A stretch of DNA of 64,000 nt from Takakia lepidozioides (Eukaryota > Plantae > Bryophyta). The notes beneath the pieces are model-generated. The model did not search any database and was not told where the DNA came from. It was given only the letters and a program-made list of their open reading frames with translations. The DNA lies in the NCBI GenBank assembly GCA_030704615.1, contig CM060731.1:68076001-68140000 (forward strand), given 5' to 3'. The translations under genes were made by a program, and so were the position numbers. Positions 25,394 through 41,693 of this stretch are shown here, piece by piece; position 1 is the stretch's first letter; the number at the start of each line of letters is the position of its first letter.

Positions 25394-26734
25394 GACAAAA
25401 GAAAAAGCTGACAGAAGAGAAGAGAAGAGCAAGAGCAAGAAAAGACAAGACAAGAAAAGACCAAGACCAAGAAAATTCCGAAGAATGCACAACAGGGAGC
25501 ACGCACAGCAAGGAGTGCAGGAAGAATATGAATGGCTGCGAGAAGGGGAAAACTGAACAATGATCAAAGAACGAAGAATGAAGCTAGCTAGATGTCACCC
25601 GTAAGGCACGTCGGTTAAGCGAAAGACGGCGGTTCATTAAAATCTGGCGGCTTGCAATCAATTATATCCGCACTGACTCACACGTGTATGAGTTGCAATC
25701 CCGGTGTCACCCGGAATAGCGGAGTGTAACCCGTAACCCTACACTTGTGAGCGCGACAAACCGGCCATTACTCGAATGCCAGGCACGTCGAGTGTAACCC
25801 TCCGTCAGGTACCCAGATATGATGTAACCCTTCGTCACAACCTCATGTACCCCTAGTCTATGTGACTCCCGAACACAACATCGATGTAACCCTGTCATAT
25901 CAAACCATTAGTATGCAACCTCCAGGTAAACATGGTCAATGTAATGCCCCACCCATGTAACCCTAGCCTATGTGGCTCCGCGAGCGCAACATCCACGTAA
26001 CCCATCAAACATGTCAACCCATCTAAACCTCCATTACTAAACCGTCTACCAAGCTAGCATGTATTGAGAAAGAAAACACCGTGTAACCCCCTGTGTGTAA
26101 CCATACCACACGTGAGGTAGTCATATAAACCATCAGACATGTAACCGGTTGACAGTGCTTGCAAAACACGCATGATTCGATACGTATTGCATCCATAATA
26201 GCGATGAGTAGGCTGCCCCGGCTGGTGTGTGAACAAAAGATACACGAGAGGAGAGTGAATGGGCACCCCGTCAAATGAGCGGCTGCTTGCATGGCTAGAC
26301 CGAAAGAAACAAAACCCTTTCCTAATGCGGATCTTAGGAATACCATAGCCATCGGGGACGGTGACAAAACAACAAGAATGACATTGAGAAAGAAAAAGAA
26401 TAGAGACAACCGTATCAATCGTAGAGAAAACCGTGGTAATAAATTTGACGGATCGTTGCACGGAAAGAGTTGTCTTGTATGTTGCTGGGATGACGATACT
26501 GAACTGAATGAACTACAAATCTTTCGCATTGATGTGTGAAGCCGATTGGGCATTTAAACAACATTCATAATCCAAATCTGCTTGTCATTGTATCAAAACA
26601 AGCCCCACAGTCATCACACTGGTCAAATGAATATGGAATGAATATAAATGCTGGTACTAGTGACAGCTATCCAAAGTGGAAGGATTACAATTGAATCTTG
26701 GAATTACATTACATTGCAAATGAATATGGTTGCA

Positions 26735-26970
26735 GTTGGGCTGCGACGCTCTGGGGTCGCCCCCGGTGCGACGCCCAGGGTGTCGCATCAACCACCCGGG
26801 GGGGGGGGGAATAAAAATAAAATAATAAAATAAAAATTCGCATTTTTTAATGCGATGCCCAAGGCGTCGCATTTGAGTTTTTTTTTTTTACAAGTCATTT
26901 TTAGTGACGTCCTGGGTGTCGCTTTTTCGTTTTTGTTTTTTTATAAGTCATTTGTAGCGACGCCTCAATG
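26735..26970. repeat. Short array of GCGACGCC-N3-GGCGTCGC palindromes in AT-rich spacers
   Basis: 4-5 units, e.g. GCGACGCCCAGGGTGTCGC, GCGATGCCCAAGGCGTCGC, GTGACGTCCTGGGTGTCGC. Confidence 0.7.
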
Positions 26971-28335
26971 ACTTGATCATTTTTGGTCACGACGAGCAAC
27001 TTTCGAATGAACTACCTTATCATTGTACAATTAAATCATGAGTTTGTGTGTAAGATCGGTAACTGATATGTTGGTAAATGTCTTACTATGTGTATAATGT
27101 AGAGGTCTTGAGTTCAAATTTGTCTAACAATACATTGAATGAACTGAAATTCGATATGTAGCCAAACCACTCATCACAATCACTTGGTTTACACCTTCAG
27201 CATTGATACTGTCACCCTGTCTCTTCATCTGCAGTCTACTTATCCCGCACATTCAACACAGTGCTGCTAAGAACACCATTTTCAAGACGTATTCTGGAGC
27301 GTAAAGAGAGACTGGAATTTTTTTGGCATCGTATTGCCAGAGACAATTCCACATAAGGTCAACCTTATTACCAAGTTGCTACATCTCTGTCGTGCACTGC
27401 TTACCCCTCAATTGAAAACGCAGAGGAAACATCATCTGCACCGTAGTGGAGTTCAGAGCCTTACTGTTATTTTTTTGTTTTGCCAAGCCCTTACAGGGTC
27501 GCTGGAGCAGGAGGTGGTGCTACAGGTGGATCATGTGGGGATCTTTCTTCTTTGGTGGCCTTTCCATCACCACAGGTGGTGCTCGTGTCTGTGCCATTCA
27601 TTGCAGATCCTTCCATTTGGTCCTCTATAGTCAAGATGGGATTGTAGAAATTGAGGGAGTAGCTTTCCTTCCTTGCCTCTTTTCTAAGAGCTCAACATTG
27701 CCTCACCCATGTCACTATTCATGATATTCAGACGTTCCCTATCAAAACATCTTAGTTGCAAAGAGAGAGATACAAATCTAACTCCAAACAAAATGCAACA
27801 TTTCAGGCACTAGGTGATCCTTGGTACTGTTACATGATTACATGTGGCTGTAAGAAAATTCACTTGTTAGCCTTCCAGGAATTGGTAGTGACTGATACCC
27901 ATATCAGGCATGCAAGAGGAATTTAGCTGAGGCAAGGAAATGTTGGCCATGTATGTGGTGTGAATGCGAGTGGTCATATATGCATTTGATCCGAGTATGA
28001 GAGACCACTTCGACTACCAGGGATTGCTCAGTGGATTGTTTTTTAGGGCAAATGAGTTGGGGGCTAAAACATGTTTCAAACTAAATAGGCATTTTGTGAA
28101 AGATTTATTCAAGTAAACAGGAAGATTTAACTGTTCCCTGTGAATGTTCACCATGAGTATGTCATGGATGTTCATTCTGGAACATACTACCGCCAGTTGG
28201 GTAATCTCAACATGAAATTGGCAAATCACCTTCCCATGGCAACATCAATGTGGTTAAGAGAAGGCTGGGATTGACTGGGTTTATTGAGTACAGCACTGCA
28301 ATTTAGACCTCAAGTGTACTTAACATGTGTTGCGT

Positions 28336-29402
28336 CCATTTCCGCACCAGTCACACCAAATAGGGCTCTAGCTGAGAGGTCTGATTAGAAAAAGCTGTCT
28401 TTAATTTTGCCAAGCCTGATTTTTGAAGATTAGGCTTATACCAAAAGGACATGTTTCAGCAGTGGGGATACCGCAGTATCCCCATAATCACCTTAGATGC
28501 CTCCATGTATGTTGCCTTGCCCTCACACAAGAGTGCGACACCACAAGAGAGGAGGGATTATGCACAACCCTCAACGGCAACACGTAAATGACTGGGTTCT
28601 GGTTCCCACGTATCAGGGTTGAAGACTGCTCCTTACAGGAGTCTTGTTTGGGAGAAAGGACTGTTGACTTTGCCCTTACAACTCATCCCATGCGTGCTGG
28701 GCCAAATCTGTGTCTCAAGCATCTTTGGCCAGATCTGACACAACAGCAACATTTCTGAATACATCCCTTTGCTGCAGTGTTTTGGCAGTGAAGAAATGAG
28801 CACAGAAAAGCCACAGGGACTTCAGGGAGGATTTGGGGGGGCTTGCGATAGGGGTGGTTATGACTTGAATTTTTCAGTTTGGGGCCTTTCTTTCAGTTGT
28901 TGGGTGACATTTCCTGCGAAAGGAGGTCACAAACGCCAGCACAGTAAACTTTTTCACACGAAGCTGCAAATTCATTGAAACACAGATACCTGGCAAGTGA
29001 AATACAGCAACGTGGTCAAATGATTGTTTGTCATTTGGGTGACTGGACTATCACAAAATGTACGAGATTGCCACCCCTAGAGAGTGTGTGCTCTGTCAGC
29101 ATTTTTTGGCATGTTCAGTGGGACAGTTCCTCCGTCCACAAACAAAGGAGAAGAGAGATTTGCACATACCTTTAAACCTTGAGTCACGGAGCTCTGGTGG
29201 TGCGAGCAGCAGCCCCACGTAGATGCTTCTCTGCCAGTGCTGCCCTCCTCTTATCTTCATTGAGCCATGGCTACACCCCACATTCATCTCTCAAACCCCA
29301 TCCCTCTCTCTCTCCCTCTCATGGGCTGCCATTTCCGCACCAGTCACACCGGAATAGGGCGCTAGCTGAGAGGTCTGATTAGAAAAATCTGTCTTTAATT
29401 TT
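28336..29402 (+). repeat. ~73-bp direct repeat (28336-28408 and 29329-29402)
   Basis: CCATTTCCGCACCAGTCACACC..ATAGGGC.CTAGCTGAGAGGTCTGATTAGAAAA..CTGTCTTTAATTTT occurs twice ~1 kb apart. Confidence 0.8.
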
Positions 29403-30120
29403 CTTTAATAGTACCTCCTGATTTGTGAAGATGTCGCATGATCATCCAACCAAAATCAAGGGAGCAATGGAAATGAGCAACTCGAGGGCTCAAGGTCTGG
29501 GGAAAACTATGCCCAGCTGCACCACATCTACTACTTCAAAAAGTTCACCTTCTGAACAAAGGCCACATCCTAGTTAAACAAGCAGGCCATATAAGCAGCA
29601 TAACCACTGAATGCTACCACTCTTCCATACTCCATTCAAAGTGGGATCTCCACTCTCCTCTCCCACAGTCGTCGTCCCCACTTCACTGGAACCAATTCAG
29701 CACTTGGAATACCACCATTCATATCAAAGGCAATCAACTGCTGCAACAGGAGAAGTTGCTGTCTCACCCACCTGGTTATGAGTTTTTGAGGCTTTTGACC
29801 CCACTTTTCTTCTGGTGCCACGTCAACAACTTCTGAGCCACAAGTGCAGAAGAAGTTTATATGTGGGCACCAAAACAAAATGCATTCAGTGATGTGGACA
29901 AAAGTTTAGTAAAAAGAGTATGTACTAGGGAAAGGGGCATTTGCCCAAGTTACAAATGCTCATTTTTCAATTTTAATATACTTCTTAATACAATAAAATG
30001 TTTGCACAGGACGGTTCACCTCAACCTTCAAACATAAACTGAAGAGATGGGGCTGCCTGGATGCTGGAAGGGTGGTTTCACTTATCTCAAGTCCCAGGTA
30101 TTTAAAAGCTGGCAATAATT

Positions 30121-34511
<4,391 letters not shown>

Positions 34512-35340
34512 CGTGACCTCTACCTTCTCTCCCCTCTCACCAAACCTTAGCAACCACAGCAATTACTTACTTCCTCTCCACAACCACACCGCCTCCACAA
34601 ACCCCGACTCGCCCGTCACGGATTCTCCGCAAAGTCTAAGCAGCAGTGGAGTCGGCCTGAATGCGAGCAGCCAACACACTTGTGCACAGATGTCACGCTT
34701 GCAACAACAATGCCTCGCCACGCCCTGGCCCCCACAGTAGTTAGCAACTCCTTCCACCCGTGGCACCCCGTGCCTGCAGCAGGTCCCACCCTGCAACGGC
34801 CTCTCTAAGGTGCCCGCTGATTTGGCGTGTCCTGCGCCGGCGCCCGGGACCGCCTGCAGATAGTGCCTGCAGAACTATTTAGTGTGGAATCATACCCCAA
34901 TTCCGGGTATGGTCCAATCGCAGCGCCGCTTGGCCTTTATTCCACGCTATGTCAGGACCAACGCCCCCAAATTGTGCTCTGAAAAGTGCGCAACAACCCC
35001 TTTTTGTTCTCATGATGTGGCAGAGCTCACCCCTCACCAGGTGCCGCACATTCTGCCACGCGCCAAGAAAAGGCTGCGCATGCACGTGCAGGAAATCGTG
35101 GATTGTCTTGTGATGGACACCTGTGACGAGTATCTTGTTCCTCATTGGCTCCTACCCTCCGTGGACCCCGCTAGAAGGGGTTGGTTGTTATTACCATTTT
35201 CACGAGTAAGAGGGGCGGCCAGTGAGATAAGGTAGGACGTAATTGGTCGGAAAATGGAGGAGAATCCATGCACTCAAGGAGATTGGATACTTGCATGTGC
35301 ACCTCCTTTGTTAGTGCGGCGTGCCTGAGTTCGAACTGGG

Positions 35341-35473
35341 GCCCTTGGTAGTTAGGTGTTCCCGCCCTGGGGGCTATGGACTAGGTAGCATTCCCAGAGG
35401 AGCCCCTGCTACCAGATATAGCAGGACGCCATGGTTCACCTAGCAGGGCGGGAACACCTAACTTACCAAGGGC
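35341..35473. repeat. Small inverted-repeat element (29-bp arms), MITE-like, upstream of MIPS
   Basis: GCCCTTGGTAGTTAGGTGTTCCCGCCCTG ... CAGGGCGGGAACACCTAACTTACCAAGGGC. Confidence 0.7.
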
Positions 35474-36094
35474 TATATCTAACCGGTTTTTAGGGCAGAG
35501 AGCCAATCATTTTAGGGCAGCGAGCCAGTCAGTTTACCCTTGTACATACCTACCACCACGTTTTCTATCCATTTGGAGCTGTGATATGAAGTTTTCATCC
35601 CCGCAGCAAGTAGGTAGGTAGTTAAAATCTAGTAGGTCGTAGAATACCACATATAGCACCCCTCCTCAAATCCAGTAGAAACATGCCACGTCAATGAGTC
35701 TGCTCTAAAAATTGGTTATGGAATCTTGAATCACTTAAAGCCCTCGTTGCAGGACTTTAACTCACGTAAAAACTGCATTGTAGATGGGATGAAAAAAAAC
35801 TACCTGCCTATTTGCCCATAATCTGAGATTACGGCCCAGCCCATGGGCTCCACGGCGTGACGGGATTTTATGCTATTTAAAGCCCACCCAAACTACACTA
35901 GCTAGGTTTTTACGTGTAGGGATGCATGGAGCGGAGGGTTTCCCCTGATTTGAGGGCCTCAAGCTCTTCGAAAGCTCCACAAGTGGGGCCTTCCCCTGTA
36001 ATTCTGGTATCTTTCTAACCTTGTAACATAGTGATAAACATAGCGGTTGCTGTGCACTAGGAACCTGCTTTATCAACATGATTCCAATAAATAA

Positions 36095-36512
36095 GAGCAT
36101 GACCAGCAGTGGCGCGGCAAACAGACACACCAACGGCATTATGCCAGCCCATTATTGGCCCGGGGATCGTTTAATGCCCTGGGAGGTAGTGGGAAGGCCA
36201 GCAGCATGGTAGCCTCCCACGGCAACCCCCCTCCCGCTGGTCGCACGGCTGAGATGCATAAGTTGACTTATGGCCCTGCGACCTACCCCGCCACCCGTCA
36301 CCATATGTGAGCGACATTGCCCAGCTTGCCGTGGGGGGATGCGGGGGACGGCAACGGAATTCTAGATGGTGTGCGTGAAGCTCGGGTTTGCGAGACGGCC
36401 GACATTTTGAGATGTGGACAGGTGCTGTTGGGGACGCGGGAAGAGCCCCGACAACCCCGGCCATGCCATTTTGAGGTTGGCGCGTCAAAAATGACCACTG
36501 CTGGCCATGCTC
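36095..36512. mobile_element. Tourist-like MITE (PIF/Harbinger), copy 2, opposite orientation
   Basis: GAGCATGACCAGCAG...CTGCTGGCCATGCTC termini with TAA duplication (36092-36094, 36513-36515). Confidence 0.85.
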
Positions 36513-36739
36513 TAAGCCCCCAAGTTTGGGTGGGGCCGATTCATTCTAGAGTGGTCCAGGAATTAGCGTGGTCCAGGAATTTATTTATTTTTTCTAGGAA
36601 TTAAAAAGGGATAAATTGGAACAGAGGGTAATGTCCATGGTCTCTCGGTGGCTGAAAGAGATTCTTGGGATTCCCTTTGCTTGGCGGTTGGTTTGTTGGA
36701 TGTTTCCCCACCGGCTGATAGTGAGCTCAAGTTCACTTG

Positions 36740-38545
36740 TGTCGTGCACCTAAGCATCGTGCCACAACATACATCGTTGTCCACCACACAATCTATGCAC
36801 ACAATCCTACAAAGCTATACCACAATCGATAATGAAAGTGAACATAATGGAAACACTCCACTCATGAATCCACTCAATCACATAAACTAAGTCAAGCCAA
36901 GAGCACCCTTGCTAAGGGAATCCACCCTACAAAGCCCTCACCACACTCCCTCTCAATACCTAGAGTTATGGAGGTGAGAGAGGCTCATGGAGGCTCAACT
37001 ACAAGAAGATGAGCCTCCTCCATCCTCACAAGGGGAAAATCTATCCTCATGTCCCAAGTGAGGCTCGACGCCTCATTTGACATGTGAGACCAAATGAAGT
37101 CCCAACACACAAAATATAAATATAAATATCTAAAATATCCTAGTTAACTAGAAGTAGGTAATTCTAGATAACCATGATTAAAACCATGACAGCTGTCGTG
37201 CACCTAAGCATCGTGCCACAACATACATCGCTGTCCACCACACAATCTAATCACACAATCCTAAAAAGATATACCACAATCGTCCCCCTAGCTGGTGATT
37301 AGGTCCCTCTAACACCGGATAGCTGCTAAGTATCCATCCCAATAAGATCATCGCTTGATCATCAATCGCCCAAGTCCCAGTATCTGAAGGCAAATATAGA
37401 TCAAGAGGTCGGGTGCAAAAGTAGCCCCATCGTTACTCGCCTTCCTGCAATCCATGGCTTCAATTGGGTGTCCATGGCATTGAACTGCCGTTAGCTAGAC
37501 CTTGGATTTCTTGTCAACCTCACCACTGTCATGCCCCACTACCTCTGTTCAAGGCATCGTGGACACAACCATTCTCCACTAGGAACCTCCTCAAGTGGCG
37601 GTGTCAAGCATCCCATGTGCCGCCCCCTTGAGCATTTATCACACACCAACATGGTCGCGGCACCACTAGCATGCCCACATAACATGCAACGCAACCCTGC
37701 ATATACCACTGCAAGGTTGAGACCTATCCTCCCATCCACATGTAGAAGGTGACATGGCGCACAATTACGCACATGATCCTTCTATATCATGCCATCTCGA
37801 CCCTCCAGAATCAATACTCATGAAAGTAACACCTCTCGGACCCTTAGAATCACACGACCTGCTGTGACATCCAAGGTCGTAGGCGTTGTCTGCTGCAGAT
37901 ACACATAGTCCCCAGGATGGAAATGCCGAACACTTGGCCTGTGTGAGTACTGCTCCAATCCCCAGCATACTCCAATCCGTATGTAGCTGGAAATGCCGCC
38001 CCCGAATAAGCTGCCTCAGAATAGGCGCAGAAGTCAATCGAGCCTTGAGTTCCTCAAAAGCTTCCTCCTGCTTCTCCTCCCACAGCCACTCCTGACCCAC
38101 CTTGGTCAACTTGGTAAGAGCCTTTGCAATGCTACTAAATCCCTTGACAAATCGTCGATAGTAGTTTGTCAACCCCATGAAAGCAGGAACTATGCTTACA
38201 TCTATGGGCGTGGAATGCGTGCAATGGCCTCCACCTTTGTCTGTTGAACACCCAATCCTCCAGGGTATATCATCTGGCCCAGATACTTAATCTGATCGTG
38301 GAAGAACTTGCACTTTCCAGGGTGCAGTTTCAATCCATGCGCCCTCAAACACCACCTGAAGGTGTCTCTCATGCTCCTCAACCGTGGCACTAAAGATGAT
38401 GATATCATCAATGTATCACCGGGCGAAGTCTAGCCCTTCAAGAATCCTATCCATAACCCTTGAAACTCTGGAGGAGCATTCTTCAACCCAAATGGTAGGA
38501 AGCGCCATTGGTACAAACAATCCTTCCCATGCTGGTCAATCCCCT
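36740..38545 (-). mobile_element. Ty3/Gypsy LTR retrotransposon remnant (3' LTR, PPT, PHD finger, RT/RNase H pieces)
   Basis: LTR 36740-37191 with TGTCGTG...CATGACA ends. PPT AGGGGGA(GC) is interrupted by a duplicated LTR piece (37194-37282). PHD at 37539-37700. RT motifs LPFGLKNAP, YIDD, GLTNYYRRFVKGFS and RNase H FQLHTDWS at 37935-38545. Confidence 0.9.
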
Positions 38546-38616
38546 ACAATCACTTAGTGGAAAAGGAAGTGATCGAGCGATGACAACTAGGAGGTGGGCT
38601 TGGAAGCAGCCATCCT

Positions 38617-39520
38617 TTGAAGAAAGCTCGAGGATACGATTCAGAAAAATCTATAGCAGATTTATCAGAGAGTGAAAACATTGTGAAAGATCTTGTTGAC
38701 ATGCTTGCCGTTTTCATGCTTCAAGTAGCAAAAAAGAATGGCAGTTTATACCCTCCGACAAGGTACTTGTCTATTATGATATTTCTGTTTGTATGTGTCC
38801 ATGGTTTCGGTAGCTTAAATTGTTATATTATTTTTGAGTTCTACTGCAGTATCCAGGCATTAGAAGGTTAATCAGACAGAGACAGGGCCAACGTGTTATT
38901 GAGACTGGAAAAACACCTTCTGTGCCGTTTAACATTTTCACTGACATGAGATATCGTCGAGTAAAAATAGCAGGTGATGAAGCAACATTATGAGCGTTAA
39001 ATGCTGGTCTTGGGAAGACTATCAAGAAATCTGATGTTCCGACAATTGAGAAGGAGCGGAAAATATTGGCACAAGAAATGTGTCAGCCGATATCGGCAAC
39101 TGGCCTAAATCTTATATTCGGCTACTACTGTATGCGGTTATCCGGGGAGGGCAAGAGCTCAAGAACATTGATTATGATGAATTCAGTCTTGGTACAGCTT
39201 CCTACTGGGTTGGTCCTCAGGTTCGAATGGTGCTCAGGTATTCATCGAAAATATTTTTGGCCCATAGTTCTCCATGTTTACTTGCTCTCCGCCCTCCTGT
39301 ATTAATAATCTCTAATTCCTTTTCATTGACATCAAGGAACCGAGAATTTGTACATACATCAACAGTCTGAATATGAGACTGATACTCAGCAGGAACAGGA
39401 GAATCAGGAGACTCATGACGAGGAGCACCATAAGCAACATCAAAATCCTCTACATTGAGGGACACAAGAGGATTGTAGAAATTCACAAACAGACAAGACT
39501 CCTCTTCAAGATTTGGGGGA
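38617..39520. pseudogene. Crypton-like (DUF3504-type) tyrosine recombinase remnant, split by an inversion
   Basis: Plus strand 38617-39190: FMLQVAKKNGSLYPP, intron, GLGKTIKKSDV..IEKERKIL, AVIRGGQELKNI. Minus strand 39520-39237: SRFLDVNEKEL...WAKNIFDEY, which is the expected upstream part. Confidence 0.6.
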
Positions 39521-40449
39521 ATGCTAGATCGTGAGCCCAGCCCCATGAGCTGTGAGTCTGTGAGCCCAGGCAGGCTCACGTGAGCCTGTAAGCCTAGTCT
39601 AGCTGGCATGAAAGTGGTCGAAGATGTAGGGCCTATAACCGTAGTCAACAACCCATTTCCGCGGAAATAAGACTATTCAAAAAAATTTCCTACATAATAA
39701 CAATGGTGACAAAGCTGACTGCCCAATTGTGGTGCAGACATGTATCACCATGGCCTATTAGGTGGGCTATACCATCAAGCAGCCGTTTATGAAGTGAGCA
39801 TATCACCCCTGCCACATAGCAATTTTGCTTCATGTATGTATCAAAAATAAGGGGGGGCAGTACGTGGTTTGTTGGGATAGTGAGCCTGTTCGATTTGCTA
39901 CTGGCCTATTTACCAGCACATACGTGAAGTTGTTGGAGGAAATTGCACAGTGGGATGCCACGAGGCCATGTTGAAAAACACAAAGATGAGGGAGCTGATG
40001 TAATGATGAAGACGGGCCGTCGGGAGCTTGGATAGCACGGTGTTTCCAGATCTGATAAACAAAGTGAGAGCTTAAATGGACAACCCCTATATCATGCATA
40101 GTCACTTCCTTGGATGCCTCATCTTGTCGGGTTGAAGCAGACATGTAGGTTCCATGCTTGCTAGTCAGTGTTGGCTAAGATGTCCAGCGCACATACATAA
40201 ATGTGGTCAGACCTGTGGGAAACCTGGGTTGTTGTGGAGTGCTATGACATAGCTGAATAGTAGAGAGATATGTGGGGACCTTTGGCACGGAAAGATGATG
40301 CACGGTTGTTAGTACAATTAAGCCACTGGTGGTAGATGGGAATTGAGGAGGGCGAGCAGATCTGAAGATGTCATTTTCATGTCGGATGGGTCTCAAGATC
40401 ATGTGCGGCCGGACATTATAAGGTGAAGAATCCATACCTGAATCTGCAG

Positions 40450-40680
40450 CCATGGCATGTGGCATTGAATATATATGGTCAGGTTGGTGACAATTGTACG
40501 AGATGATGTGGCAGGTGCGTAGGCTTTTGTGATATCTCTGAGCGAGTGCTGGTAGATTGTGGGGATCTGTTTTTGCAGCCTTGAGAGCTGCTTCCAGCCT
40601 CTTCACCTGTTTTTGAAGTGCTACAATTCACTTCGCAGCTCTATCATGGTGCATGTTGTCTTGCTGCTCTTGAGATGAGG
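40450..40680 (-). mobile_element. Possible gag remnant (coiled coil + degenerate zinc knuckle)
   Basis: KRLEAALKAAK...ISYNCHQPDHI resembles a decayed CX2CX4H knuckle; same strand as the Gypsy remnant. Confidence 0.3.
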
Positions 40681-41319
40681 TGTGCCAACCATTCTCTCCG
40701 AACCAAATTTTGTTAAAAAATACAAAGCATTTGGAGGTCGAAACTGTAGTGAATACAACAAGATAACAAGGTTTTCTCTTGAGCCCCTCTCCAAAGAGCA
40801 TCATTGGACCTCCTCAAACTTCAGTTTGAATCAACATACTTATAAAGCATGTCGTCCACTTGAGGCCCACTATACAATCAATGAAGCTCCACATATCATA
40901 GATATGAAAGTTCACAATAAAAGAAGAAACAAGTTCTTTACGAATCCTAGAGATGCAATTTGCATAAAAAATCATAGTCTACAGAGCAATCACCACGATC
41001 TAGACATGCACTGGCACGGGGAAATGTGATGATCGTCAACGATCATCACATTTGCATATCAAACCAGAGGAAAAAATAAAATAAAAAAATCATTAAAAAA
41101 AGTTTTCAAGATGGAGGCAAATGTCATGATCGTTAACGATCATCACATTTTCCTTATCTGTATGATAGTAAGACATTATATTTTCTATAGTAGTGTATGG
41201 TTGTTCATAGCAAAATGATGTCCATCGAAAAAAATATGACGCCTCCCGAAGGGAGCGTAACTTATGGTGTCACTTCACCACAAGAGCTACTGCCTTCTAG
41301 CTGAAAGGTAGACACCTTC

Positions 41320-41395
41320 ATGACACACCATACCGTGGTTTGAACCCACAACCACATCCAACGTGGTATGTGTCCATTACCACTGGGCTACATGC
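41320..41395 (-). mobile_element. tRNA-derived head (SINE-like)
   Basis: Minus strand TGTAGCCCAGTGG (A box) ... GGGTTCAAACC (B box); no complete cloverleaf. Confidence 0.45.
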
Positions 41396-41693
41396 TGGTT
41401 GTCTGTCCATCGAATAAACATGTCGAACAATCTAGACGTGCAGTGGGCATGGGAAATGTCATTTGCATATCGAACCACATAAAAAAAAAAAAAAAAAAAA
41501 AAAAAACTTTTTCTTCTTCTTAAAAGTCACTTAGGGCTTTGTTATTTAAAACAAGGTATATCAGGTTACGATTGGCAATTTCCTAGATTGCACTTGTCCT
41601 GTCGATTTCATCAGCATGCGTGAGGGTAGTCTCGGAAAGCAGGGGACGTGGATCCCATGCAAGCACATGTACTACATATTTTTACGCATGATG

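Larger units (their letters stand above)
12570..26540. mobile_element. Large Mutator-like element (MULE) with transposase plus convergent Ulp1-protease gene; ends approximate
   Basis: MULE-SWIM transposase (+) and Ulp1 gene (-) are convergent, and the whole interval is unified by one GTAACCC/GTCACCC motif. No TIR or TSD found by eye. Confidence 0.75.

Noticed and set aside
12190-26740. Terminal inverted repeats / 9-bp TSD for the large MULE
   Set aside because: Compared 12190-12600 with 26400-27000 by eye and found no convincing match, so the ends remain approximate.
27150-29300. Host gene in the short ORFs of this interval
   Set aside because: No recognisable motifs or consistent exon chain; stops in all frames.
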